Source of the DNA: Camelus dromedarius
Taxonomy: Eukaryota
Assembly: GCF_036321535.1 (NCBI RefSeq)
Contig: NC_087444.1
Coordinates: 36,828,001 to 36,892,000, forward strand
Direction of reading: 5' to 3'
Length of the DNA stretch: 64,000 bases
How positions within the stretch are numbered: position 1 is the first letter of the stretch; the number at the start of each line of letters is the position of its first letter. Made by a program: the position numbers and the translations under genes. The notes under the pieces were generated by a model. It was not told the DNA's origin. It made no database searches and worked only from the letters and a program-made list of their open reading frames with translations. Positions 25,843 through 37,850 of this stretch are shown here, one piece after another.

Positions 25843-26799
25843 TTAAGTCACTTGCATAGGACTCATAGTTGGCATGTGATAGAGCAGGAGTTTCTCTGTT
25901 GCTTTTGTTGTATGGTTGTGGCTGATACCTTTTTGAGATAGGGATGTTTTCTGTCCAGCCCATTCTGAGCAGGTAGCCAGCCAACTTCTCACCTTTTCAG
26001 GGCCTTAGATATATGGATAGGTCAGCTGGTAGAAGACAAAGCTTATTCTTGTTTTGGGGGAAGGGCTGAGCTCATGGGAGGGTCCATCCTGAGTGTTCCC
26101 AAGAAGAAGCAAAGAGGGGGCTTTCAGGGAAGCCAGGTCCAGCAGGGAGGTCCCCCAGGCAGGGAAAGGGAAGACACTCCACACACCCTGGAACAGAGGA
26201 AGCAGGCACCTGTTTCCTGGCAGCCCTGGAGCAGCAGGCATGGCCCCACAAAGCCCAAATATAAGAGTACCATGGATGGGACAATGGTTGTGGCCTCAGT
26301 ACCAGAGAGGGCCCATGACCAGAGAGTGCTTCTCAAACTGTCTACTGTTGCAGGAGATCCTGAGCCCTGGGAATAACCTGGGTAAAGAGGAGCCTAGTGG
26401 AGACCAAGACTGAATTTCTCACCAGCCTGGAAGATGGGAGCTCCCAGTAGGATTTATGCTTTATTTAAAGGAAATAAAGAAAGGAGATATTTTGTGTTCT
26501 TACAGTTCACACTTTAAATTATAGGGCACCTGAATATTTATTTGTATATTTATTTGTCTAGATCTGCCTTCCCCTTAGCCTGTAATCTCCCTGAAGGGCA
26601 GGGATTTCGTGGGTGTTCCCCGTGGTACGTCCAGTGCCCAGCACATACTCATTTAAGTGTGTGGGCTAACTGGGGGTCTACCTGAGAGCGGTGGGCTCAT
26701 TGGAGAAACTGGAGCACGTCTGGGACAAATTAGTATTTCCAGAAGACAAGCTGTGCATTGAGGGTGGGGGAAGTGGGTTTTCTAGGAGAAAGGTTGGAA

Positions 26800-27350
26800 A
26801 GAAACGTGAACCTGGCGGGCTAGGGCTGAGGGGGGGTCCTTGGCGAGCCCCGCCCGGAGCCGGGGTGCCAGCGCGACGTGACGCAGCGCGGTTTGGCCGC
26901 TGTGGGGCGCCGTAGCCCGCGTCGTTGCCAGGGGAACGGGCCGAGCGCCGGACGAGGCCCAGCCCGCCTCGGCCTGGCCCCGCGATACAGCCAGCCAGCT
27001 ACAGCCGGAGCTGGAGAACTTGCGAATCCAACCTCTGCCGCGCGGCCCGGTATGGGGCCGCGCTCCAGGGCACGCCTCCACCCTGTCCCAGGGACCGTCT
27101 CCGCTGCGAGGGTCTGAAGAGCCTCCGTCCTGGGGAAGGGTGGACGGCCAGGAGCGGTGACTGAACCGCTGAGTGACCTTGGCAGGGCCTATCTGGCTCC
27201 ACCGCCACGACGCGCAGGTGAGGAGCCCCCGCCGCAGTTGTCTCCTCGAAGCCTGACCTGAACCGCTGGGACAGAGCTTCTGCCGCCCAGCCAAACTCCA
27301 GGTACCGGACAGAGCGCCAGACTTCCGTCTAGCATTCATCAGGCGCACAG
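26800..27350 (+). promoter_or_regulatory. ZDHHC1: CpG island promoter and non-coding exon 1 of ZDHHC1 (donor after 27217)
   Basis: CpG-rich; CRE-like GACGTGACGC near 26875; X-box-like GTTGCCAGGGGAAC at 26924-26937; donor gcag|gtgagg at 27217/27218. TSS not determinable. Confidence 0.65.
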
Positions 27351-27354
27351 ACCT

Positions 27355-27860
27355 GCATTGAGCGCCTACTGTGTGCTAGGCTGTTTGCCAGGCGCAGGGC
27401 CACAGAGAGCCACGGGGGGCTCCAATGAGGACGCGGCTGGTTTCCAGAACCCACAGTGTAAAGAGAGGCGGGGCAGGGGTTGGGGTGCGGGAAGCAGGCG
27501 CCAGATGGATGACTAAAGTGCTTTCGGGCCGGGTTAAATGCTCTCGTGATGAAATGGAGGGAGGTGGTCAGGGAGAGTCTGCTCTAACATGTGACTTTAA
27601 AGCCAAGACCTGAAGGTTGAAAAGGAGCCAGCATTGTGATCAGGGTAAGGGTCATTCTCGAAGAGACAAAAGCAAATACAAAGGTCTGGAGGCAGCAGGT
27701 ACAGGGGAGCAGAAAGGATGAGGGAAACCTTGAAGGAGGTGGTGGGGGTTTCAACTTTATCCTAGCAGCAGGAGGAAACCACTGAGGAGTTTTGATGACT
27801 TTGAAGTTTTGAAAAGCTCACCTCACTCTGGCTGTTGTGAGCAGTGTGGTTGTGACAGGG
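27355..27860. mobile_element. L2 fragment
   Basis: cattgagcgcctactgtgtgctaggc...gcaaatacaaaggtctggagg...ggaaaccactgaggagtttt...actctggctgttgtg. Confidence 0.6.
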
Positions 27861-29808
27861 CACACCAGGAAGTCAGCTGAGGGCCATCCTAGTTCTGCCA
27901 GTCTAGCTGTGCCTCTTACAACTTAGTCTCTCTGAGCCTCAGTGTTCTCATCTGTGAAAGGGGCATATTGTTCTGTATGTTGTTTATGAGAAAGAAAATG
28001 AGGGGCCAACCACATCTGAGACCAATGACTAGAGAGTTCTATGAGAACAATTTGAAATGATAGGACCTACTCAGAGAATTGTGAGGGTTTAATAAGTGAA
28101 TTTCATCTAAGTATTTAAAGCAATGCCTGGCACAGAATAAGTGCCCTTTAAATGCTAATGATGGTCATTATTATCATTGAAACATTGTAGGGGAGCAAAG
28201 ATTGGGGCTTGGATTAAGGTGATGGTAGCAGAGACAGTAAGAAGTTTCTGGCTTAATTTCCTTTCCTGAAGGAGAGCTGTATTCAGAGGTGGGTGAGGGG
28301 TGGTCCCTGTTTTTGTGGAACTGGTGGTTCACTGTGGGAGACAGGTTTGTAAACAGATAATCACCATAAGATGCAATAAAAGCAACACTGGTACTTAATT
28401 AGCCAGGGTTTTTTTTTCTTTTGTTTTTCTTACTTTGTTCTGTCACAACTTTGTTCTTAATGACTGTTTCTTGGTGGGTGTTCCTCAAGGCTTGCTCCTA
28501 TGATCATGGGAGTTGGTTTCCTGGTTAAAATCAACAACTTTTGCCTCTACTCATTGGCTTTGTTTCAGCTCCCTCCTCTTGTCCTCTTTCCTTGGCTTAA
28601 CTTGAATCCTAAACAGTTTGCATTGGTTGCTTCAGGAGGAGAATGGCACAGAAAATGTTTGCAGACCATGTCAATTCAGGAATGACTGAGGTTTCAAGCT
28701 TTTCCTGCCCTAGCATCAGACTTCTGCATGTTGTTGATGTGAAGAATCCAGCCACATCTGTGACCAACAACTTGGAGAGGTTTATGAGAATGGCTTGAAG
28801 CTCCAATTTATTTTCTCGGAATTGTGATGTGCATCTCTTAGTCAAACTGTAGCCACTCCCCAGAATTTTAAGGCCAGCGACTTCTCTGGCACTTGTGGGG
28901 AATTCTGATAAAGTACTTGCCCCTTAAAAGTTCTTTTATAAATGACGTTTTACGCTGTAAAACAGTATGCACCATGCAGCATTTTGTTTCCACACCCCCT
29001 TTATGTGGCTAAATAAGGCATATGTTAAATCAGTGAAAATGGGTTTAAAAGCAGATCCTGGGGAAAAAACGGAAAACTTGTTTCAAAATACCTGTAGAAT
29101 CACTCACACAGCAACCATACATCTTCTAGCAAAAAGAAAAGATGGTTGAGAGTGAAACCTTCCTTCCCTTTGGGTTCTGGAGTCACAAGAGCTGAGCTGA
29201 ACTTCAGCTGAGGACTGGAACAAGGTCCTGCCCAGCGGCTCCTGTGTTGTGCTGCCTGGTTGTCTGATGCCAGCTTTGATGAAACCCCCAACAGCTCATA
29301 GGGAGCTCTTCAGCTGAACAACTCAGAATTGCTTTTGAGAGTGAGAAAGCATTGAACTAAAACTGAGTGCTCTTTTGTTGCATGGTAGGATTTCTTTGTC
29401 TGGCACAGTACAGGGCTCTGGATCATATGAGCACATTTGGTCCACATGGCAGCCCAATGGGTCAAGGAGGGTAAGAGATGACATCCTCAATTATTTATTT
29501 GACCTAGTTTTTTTTTTTTTTCAAAAGCAGTACGTGTACATGGTTAAAAAAAAAAAAAAAGATTCCAGATAGCACCAAGGAGTACATAGTAAAGGCAAAT
29601 CTCTCTCACCCCCAACCACTAGATCTCCATCTCAGAGGCTGCCTTCTTTGCTTCCTTGCATTTCTTTCCAGAGAGACTCTGTGCATATAGAAACATAAAT
29701 GTCTATCCATCCCCCTTTGTTTTTACACACTCGTAGGGTACACTACAACAGTCCCATGTCTTGCTTTTCTGCTTAACTGTGTATCAAAAGCTACTTCATC
29801 CCTCATTG

Positions 29809-29990
29809 GTTTTTTTTTTTTTTTTTTTGAGTAAAGGTAGATTTATTTAGAGAGATACATAGGCTGTTTCAGAAGGCAAAAGAAAGGTCACGAGGTGTGG
29901 GGGTTGAGTACTCAGGTTAAAGAAGTAGATACACACTCCATAGACAGAGTGCGGGCTGTCTCCAAAGATGAAGGGAGCAAGAGAGGCAGC
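29809..29990 (-). mobile_element. Polyadenylated, TSD-flanked retroposon resembling an ERV LTR R-region
   Basis: Poly(T) 29810-29828 on +; AATAAA on - at 29842-29847; TSD ccctcattg(tttttt) at 29800-29808 and 29991-29999; L1-endonuclease-like T|AAAA site. Confidence 0.7.
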
Positions 29991-31360
29991 CCCTCATTGT
30001 TTTTTATGTTGTATGGCATTACAATATGTGGATGTTCATATATTTGTTTATATTGGTTTTTTGTCCTTTATTATTACAAACAAGACTGCAATGAAACTTT
30101 GTGCACTTTATGAGCATATGTATAAGATAAATAAATACCTAGAAATGGAATGTCTGGGCCCAAGGGTATATGTGTTCTGAAGTTTGGTAGACATTGCCAA
30201 ATTGCCTTCCAGCTAACTTTTTTGAAAAATAAATAAAGGAGAGATCCAAAGAGGTGGCCTTGTGAAATTTGCCCACCGTGTTCCTCAATCTGTGAGCAGC
30301 AATGCAGGGACTGGAACCAGGTTCTGTCTCCAGCCCTAGCCCATTTCCCTGGCTCCAACCTGTCTCTCCCCAGTGGTAGCGCAGATCCCCAGGCCCTTAA
30401 AACCCTCACATCAGCCCTGTCACCTCTCTTCTGACCCTTTCACTCTACCCTCCCAGTTCTGTGGCCTCCCCCAACAAACCCTCTTTAGTAATTAAGTTCA
30501 TTCTTTCCTAAAATCCTCAGACATCTTGCAGGAATGCAGGGATGCCCACAGCCTCTCCAGGGCTAGTACTTTTCATGTCAGTCTAGTTCTTTTGACAGTG
30601 CCATTCACAAATCTCAGAATAACATTCCTAAATATTTCTTTGGTGGGAGCAGAAGTGGGCAAGAGGGAAATGGATCAGTCATGTAACTGTTCTACAGCTC
30701 ATAATGAGAACTTATTCAACACAACATAATGAGGTAAGATTTTCCTCGCTTAAATTAGGCATATAAATTAAGGTAGCCTAACCTTAGTTTGAAAATGCAG
30801 CTTTTAGCAAGTGAATGTTAACATAGATTATTGTCATTCCAGCAATGGCCTTCACCTTGTTGGGACATGGGGGTGGGGGGCCTGCACAGCCCCTTCAGCC
30901 TGCCTCAGAAGCCAGGTGGGGCTTTGACTTACCAAAGCAGCAGCTACCTTTGGCCATAACACTCCATGCGACCTCTTCACTCTTGTCTTCCCTTGGTCTT
31001 CGTAAGTTTAACTCTGTGGTTTGTTCTGCAGCAAAATAATGTACTTGAAGAACCTTTTATCAAAATCCACCTACCTCTCAGCCCACCAAAGATGCAGTGG
31101 GGGCATTAGGTGTGCAGGAAGGAGCTTGTGGGCTTGACCTCTGCCTCCCAACCAACTCCTCCCAAGGCCAGCCTGCTGTGGCATCACCTCTCCCCGAGCC
31201 ATTTCCCTTCTTGCTCATGCCCTCCTTTCCACTGTGACTAGAAATCTTTCTAAAACATCCATCACCTTTATGTCATTTTCCCTGCTCTAAACTTCCTGTG
31301 ACTCCCTGTGGCTCTTTCAACGGTGCCTAAGTTTACCGACCTGGCTTCCTAGGATCACCT

Positions 31361-31915
31361 TGTTACCAAACCAAAGTCAAGTCTGCTTGCCCAATGCTCA
31401 GCAAAGCCAATCTACTGACACTGAGCTGTGGTGAAGAAAAGTACAGTGTTTATTGCAGGGTACCAAGCAAGGGAGTGGGAAATAAGCCTCTGATCCACTC
31501 TAACTTGGTCTTTGAGTTATGGGCTTTTTTTTTTTTTTAAGGGGAAGAACAGTGAGGCTGAGATTAATCATTATTTTGTGACGTTTTTGTTATGCTTTGT
31601 AATCATAGTTTTTGGTGTCAGAATGTCTCTGATTTATGACTCTCTGGCCAGGTGGTCCATGGCTTAGGGATCTGTTAGCTCATCTTGCTTGGGAGAAACA
31701 ACCTGAGTTTGTATGTTAATGATAAAATCTATAGTCGCAATTTTACTACATTAATGATGCTATCAGCAACAGCAGTTTTAGTCAGCTGACTTTGGTTGTT
31801 TAGTGTTCAGTTAGCACAGGATTGCGGTCAGAGGGGACAAGAAAGCGGATAGAGTTTTGGATAGATTAATCATAATTTTGGTAAGGGAACTCAGTCTTAG
31901 GGGGACTCAGTTTCC
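31361..31915 (-). mobile_element. Solo ERV LTR (antisense to ZDHHC1 intron 1)
   Basis: Begins tgttaccaaacc, minus-strand AATAAA at 31449-31454, ends near ctcagtttc; resembles laurasiatherian ERV LTRs; family and exact ends not determined. Confidence 0.55.
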
Positions 31916-33764
31916 ACCGGGGATCTGACCCTGTAGCTCCCCGGGGCTCATCTCTTTCTCCCTGGACCTTGCTCTCTAACCCCAAAACCATCTACCCTGT
32001 GTTCTGTCACACTGAATGGATCGCCCTTGCAAGGCTGCTTAAATACCCATTCATCCACTGCCCTGATATCTGTCTAGGTCTGTCTGGGTTCCCACATAGC
32101 AAGACCTTGAGGGCAGGAACCTGGTCTCATCTGTGTTTGCATCTTTAGTGCACACAGGGGGCTAGGCCCCAATAAGCACTGACTGGGCCAAGGTGAGTAC
32201 ACAAGCTGGCTGAGTTGTCTGGGAGCAGAACCATGCATCCTTCAATCTAGTCTCCTAGGGAAGTGCTGAGAGAAGAGGGGCAGCCAGAGAAGTTCCATCT
32301 ATGCTTGAGGCCCCATCTTGAATTCTCTCCTTCCTCCCAGCCCTTTTAATAAAAAATTTGGGGGCCAAAAGAATTTGTGGCAGCCAACTCTGCAATGGAA
32401 AATTTATCAGTTAAGAGTTGGTTGGCCCAGGCTTTTGGTGCAGGTGGCATGCCTCCTGGCCAGCTTGGCTATCTAGTCTGGAGTGCTGCCGCTGCTGCAA
32501 GGGACCTAGACCCAGTGGCACCATCCCTTCATCCACGGTTCATACAAGTGGTACCTCTCTGGGCCAAGGGTGCTGTGGTTTGGAATCAGAACCACCCTTC
32601 AGGCTGTTTGTGGTAGGCCCCTGGCCTTAGATGGCGACTCCTCTTGCCTCAGATATCAGGGTTAGTGCAGCAGCACTGGGGGTGCCTGTGGCCACTGCCA
32701 GCCCATTCCAGCAGCAGGGACATGTCAGCCATGTGCCTCTGCTTCTTTCTTTAGAAACTACCTCAAGGTGGGTAGGATGTGTGAGGATGGCAAAAATAAA
32801 ACTAGAACTTAGGGATCCCAATTAATGGGTTCCCTTCGAAGGAATTGCCTTGTTGATGGTGTCACTGAAGAATCTGTGTGCAAACCACAGGTGGTTCTGA
32901 ACAGAACCACCCAGCTCCGTATTCACAGAGCTTGACTTGATGACCTTTGTTTCCAAAAGCAAGGTCAAAGATCTGCTGCTTCTGGGGACATTCAAAATAA
33001 AGTGATGCCAGCTTTTTAAAAATCACTTTTGTCATTTTTGACCAAAGCTGAGAAGGTTAGGATGACAATCCAGTGGCCCAGCTCTTATGACAGTGTGTTC
33101 CCTGGGGCTACTGACTAAGAAAGCAACTTCAACCAACCCCATCACTTTGGGTATAAACCTCATAAAATCTCATAGAATGTCAGACGCAGTAACCACCTCA
33201 GTTTGAAAAGATGAGGCCACCCCAGAGGGCTATTTTAAGGGTAATCATAATGTCTACCACTTAGAAAGCATTTGTGTCAAGGCTTTACCTACAGTGCTGT
33301 TGATCTATGCATAGTCCTAAATAGGCATCCCTACCCCTGTTTTTCAGATGAAACTCAGGCCACTCAGCGAGCAAGTGCAGAACTAGGACTTGAACCTAGA
33401 TCTGATTTCTCCAAAGCTGGGACTCTTCACCTTCCACTGCTTTTTACTGAAGACAAAGCAAATGACCAAAGGATTCCAGGGGAGTCCCTGGGAAAAAACT
33501 AGGGTCACTCCATTTAGCTTTGAGATTAGGCTACAGATACGCCAGGTTTGGTTTACAGGAGGCTCTGGGTCTCGGGTGGGATGAAGGGCAGAGTGGCTGA
33601 ATGCGAATGTCTGGCAGTGAGGGTGATAGCCAGTGGCAGGGGGATCTGGGGGTGGTGGGTATGGGTGCTTGGTGGCTGTGCAGACTGAAGGCAGGGCAAA
33701 ATGGGCCAGATGGCTTTGGGTGGATCAGGATTCCATACCATTTACTGTGCCCACATTTCCTTTT

Positions 33765-34100
33765 ATTTCAGATGTTTTCAAGTCAGCAGACATTTACTGA
33801 GCACCTACTATGTACAAGGTATGTTCTGGGTACTTGGGGGAGGGAATATGGGGAACAGAGGTGAATGAATTACAGTACCTTTGCTGCCCTTAGGGGAAGC
33901 TGGCACAATAGGAGGAAGGACATGGAGATGGCAAAGTGTTCCAAATGGCAAAGTGACTTGCTCAATAGAAACTGAGCGCAAAGGCCCCCTGACCTACTTC
34001 GGGCATCAGGGAAGGCTTCCTGGATGAGGTGATGCTTGCTTGGATTCTGAAGTTCAAGTTACATTTTGTTGAGTTGAGAAGTGAGGAAGGTGTTCCAGGA
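33765..34100. mobile_element. L2 3'-end fragment hosting ZDHHC1 exon 33772-33818
   Basis: cagacatttactgagcacctactatgtacaagg...ctgggtacttgggg...gaacagagg...gggaaggcttcctggatgaggtgatgcttg matches the L2 terminal consensus pattern. Confidence 0.7.
33810..33818 (+). CDS. ZDHHC1: ZDHHC1 first coding nucleotides (MYK) in small exon 33772-33818
   Basis: ttttatttcag|ATGTTT...ctATGTACAAG|gtatgt; MYK matches the recalled human N-terminus MYKMNICNK and is in frame with the next exon. Confidence 0.7.
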
Positions 34101-35186
34101 AGATGTGCTGAGGGGAGTCTGCCATACCTCTTGTCTTAGACTCCCTAGCCCATAGGCATGGGCTCCTGAAAGGAGAGTCCCAGCTGCCAGGGCTTTGCCC
34201 CTGCTCCTGACTTTCCCATCAAGACCTTCAAGTTGGCCTGTCTACCCAGGTAGGGCACTGCCTGCCCAAGCTCTGGTCCCACCTCAGGCCCAGAAGATAC
34301 CAAGGATTGGGCTCTTTTTCCTGTTCTGATAGGCCCACCTTGCCTGCCCTGCATGTAACTTTGACCACCAGGTCAGCTCTTGGGCTGAGGATGGTGAGAT
34401 GGGGGTGGAGTAGTGCTGCCATCTGGTGGTTTGGCTCTGAAGGCAGGTCTTTCCCTGAGCTCCCTCAGTTGAGTCCAAGGCATCAGTGCACCTTTCTGTT
34501 CTTACTGCACCAGGCTCAGCTTTACTTAGAGAAACATGGTCATTTCCGCTGCTAGAATCACAGTCCTCCCCCTTTCTCTTGTATGCTGGCTTCTCCCCAG
34601 CCAAGAGGCCCAGGCAGCTCATCTGAGGCACAGGGGAGATGGTACAGGGTCCCCTAGTCCTTAAAGGGATTATGTGCTTGCTGAAGGGCAGAGGCCAGAT
34701 CCCTCTTCTGAGCACCCCCATTCCCTGTTTTCCTTGCATTGGGGCCTCAGGACAGAGGTGACTAATCCTAACAGAATCAGTGTGTGTTCTCATCACTCTG
34801 GCCCCAGCCTGATATTATTACCAGATGAGAACATGTCTTACTGAGTTTAACTTTGATGGCTGTGGAGACAGAGTGCTTTGAGTAATAGGCAGTCAGTCAC
34901 ACTGTGTCCTGAATAAACCCTAGACCCTCCTACCTTGTCCTGGCTAGGGCTAGGGCTCGGGCCAGAGCTCACTCTGGGGCTTTGAGACCAGCACTCTGCT
35001 GCTATCCATCCTCACTGCAGGCTTCCTCATGCTAGGGCCTTGGATTCCCCTGCAGAGTAGCTGGGAGATGGCTTCACATCCCAGTCTGCTCCCCCCTTGC
35101 TGAAACCTGGCTGTAGGCATGAGGCTCTGGGCTCCAGCCCAGGCCTCCTCAGGCTAATGCTCTCTCTACTCTTTCTCCCTCTGGAG

Positions 35187-35429
35187 ATGAACATCTGCAA
35201 CAAGCCCTCCAACAAGACAGCCCCCGAGAAGAGTGTGTGGACAGCATCTGCGCAGGCCAGCAGACCCTCCCCAGAGCTGCAGGGCCAACGGTCCCGCCGG
35301 AATGGGTGGAGCTGGCCCCCTCACCCGCTCCAGATTGTGGCCTGGCTGCTGTACCTCTTCTTTGCTGTGATTGGCTTTGGGGTCCTCGTTCCCCTCCTGC
35401 CTCACCACTGGGTGCCTGCTGGCTATGCT
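35187..35429 (+). CDS. ZDHHC1: Palmitoyltransferase ZDHHC1 coding exon
   Basis: gag|ATGAAC...TATGCT|gtatcctt; 243 nt; MNICNKPSNKTAPEKSVW...RRNGWSWPPHPLQIVAWLLYLFF...VPAGYA. Confidence 0.95.
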
Positions 35430-36812
35430 GTATCCTTGGGAAAGTGTGGGACTGGTACATGGAAGAGTGGGGGCAAAGGATGGAGAGACATGGGAGAGAT
35501 CTGAAGCTGGGCTCCAAAGACTCAGAGTGCAGAGCCCTGTCTCTGCCCTGGGCAGGGGGGGACCACCTGCCTACCTGCCTGGCCTCCAACTTCCATCTGA
35601 TCCATCTGCCTGATGGGGTGAGGGAACAGACCTAACAAACCTTGGAGCATTGAAAGCCCCCACACAGATGGGAACCTCATCAACTTAGGTACCACAAGAG
35701 CAATTACAGAAGAGAACTTTAAAGTTCTCTTTAAACTAATAGTGTACATTGCTCAACAAGGGATAAAATAGAGTAATTGGTCCATTTATGAAATAGTTTT
35801 TCACTTTTTGAAAATAATCGTGGTAGAATTCCTTTACATAGTACGTTTACTGGTACATTTAAAATGTGATTTTATTTAGAGAGGTTATTATGCTGTACCC
35901 AAGACTGTTTAGGAGCTCATTGATTTTATAAATCAGACCCTTTAAGGGTAAGGTTGAATTGACAAGAGGAGGGATAAAGATGCCCTGGAGGTTCCTGGGA
36001 ACAGTGACAAATATGAACATGCCTGAGCCCACTGGTATGACTGCCCCAGCCCTGGCCATAACCCCCAGGAACAGAGGACATGGCTGCAAGGCTGGGAGAT
36101 TGGGGTATAGCGTGTGGCCATGTGCCCCTGTCCAGAGGGTGCCCATGAGAATGTACCCTGGCATGTATGCTTCATGGAGATGATTCCTTGGACTAGGGTG
36201 AGCTAAAGGAATTAGCATGGATGAATTTGAAAGACTCAGGCTTAGAGCCAGCTCCTGAGCTTGGTCCCAACTCAACCTTTTCAGGGCTGCACAAGGCTGA
36301 GCAGCTTCTCCCAGCTTACCACACCTTAGCCTCCTCTTCTGTCTGACAGGAAGAGTCCTACCTGCTTCCCAAGGTGGGGACAAGGAGCACACAAGGAAGT
36401 GTGTGTGAGCACCAGAATATATGAGCCATGAATGTGAGCATGCTCTCTTGGGAAACTGTAAAGCCCTAGGCTGGTGGGTGACAAAGGTAGGTGGGTGGAG
36501 AAAGACTCTAGAGAAGGTTGTCGGCCTCAGACACCAGCAATGTCATTGGGGAATGTCCTGTTTCACTAGGGCCCAGGGCCTAGTCATCAACTCTGTAAAT
36601 TAAAACTAGAGTTTCTCTGAGGTGACCAACAGGGCTTAGTCAGTGCTATTAAGTAGAATGCTTCATGGAACATTCCTTCCATGGTCCTGAATGGGTATAC
36701 CACTCACTCAGGACTACCTGGGTTTCTGCCATTGGGGTACCTGGGAAGCCAGATTAATAACTACGTGGTTTAGAGTGAGTAGAATCAGAGAAAATGACAG
36801 TAAACAAGTGTA

Positions 36813-36980
36813 ACTAGCATTTATTGAGCACTTATATATGCCAGGTTCTGTGCCAATCCCTACATGCATGATCTCATTCTGTCCTCATAATAATCTGTAA
36901 GGAAGGTGTTCAACTCACTTTACTAAAAGAAATTGGGGTCCAGAGAGATTAAATGACTTCCTGAGGTCACACAGTTGGTA
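36813..36980. mobile_element. MIR SINE
   Basis: agcatttattgagcacttatatatgccagg...gatctcatt...cagagagattaaatgacttcctgaggtcacacag. Confidence 0.75.
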
Positions 36981-37479
36981 TCAAATGAGGACAGAAGGGC
37001 TGTTCAGGCAGCCAGACTCTGAGGCAGTGGGATGGTTTGAGGGTTTTGTCCTCTCCACATTCATTGCTTTGGGCTATGCTGGAGGCTCACAGAATCACCC
37101 GGTTGGACACTGCTATTTCCAGGCCTGAATGGTTCTCTGTCCTCCCATTAAAGTCACCTTCCTTTTGTAGGCTCCCTCAGGGGCCCCTGGGGAATGAGGT
37201 AGGGTAATGGTATATACTAAGGACTCACCTTGGGCCTAGAACTGGCCTGGGCCCTAGGGTTGCAAAGATGAGTAAAATAGGGCCCCAGCTCTGGGGTGCT
37301 CAGCTTCCAACTGGAGGAAAGCCTTGTAGATTGTAGATCATCATGTAGTAAGTAAGGGGGTAGGAGCTCATATAGCAGACTGTAGGTGCAGGAGGGGGGC
37401 CGTCTAGACCAACATCACCATGAGCCCAGATGCACACCTGCTGCTCTGCGTTCCCCTCCTCCCTCCTCCTGGCCTCTCT

Positions 37480-37850
37480 AGGTACTCTTGGTTCCACCAC
37501 TTTCCTTCATCGCCTATACCGAGTCAGTCGTCAAGTCCTGTTGATTTTATCTCTTAAAAAGCTATTGAATTTTCCCTCTTTTCTCCCCACTGCCATGTGC
37601 CTCTCTTACCTAGATGACCATTTCATTTCCAAACAGGTCTCCCCATGCACACTGTCACTCCAGCCAGCCCATCTGTGTCCCTGCAGCCAGAGTGCCCTTT
37701 CAAAAACAAATATGATAAAGTTACTCCCTAGCTTAACACCTTCTAATGGCTTCTTCCTGCTTTAAGTTTTAAGATCCTCAAGGTGCTGCACATTCTGGAC
37801 TCTGCCCATCTCCCCAGCATCTTCTTACATTATTTCCTCTGTTGTTCTCT
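37480..37850. mobile_element. L2 fragment
   Basis: ctctccccactgcc...tctcttacctagatgac...cagccagagtgcccttttcaaaaacaaatatgat...cttctaatggcttc. Confidence 0.65.
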
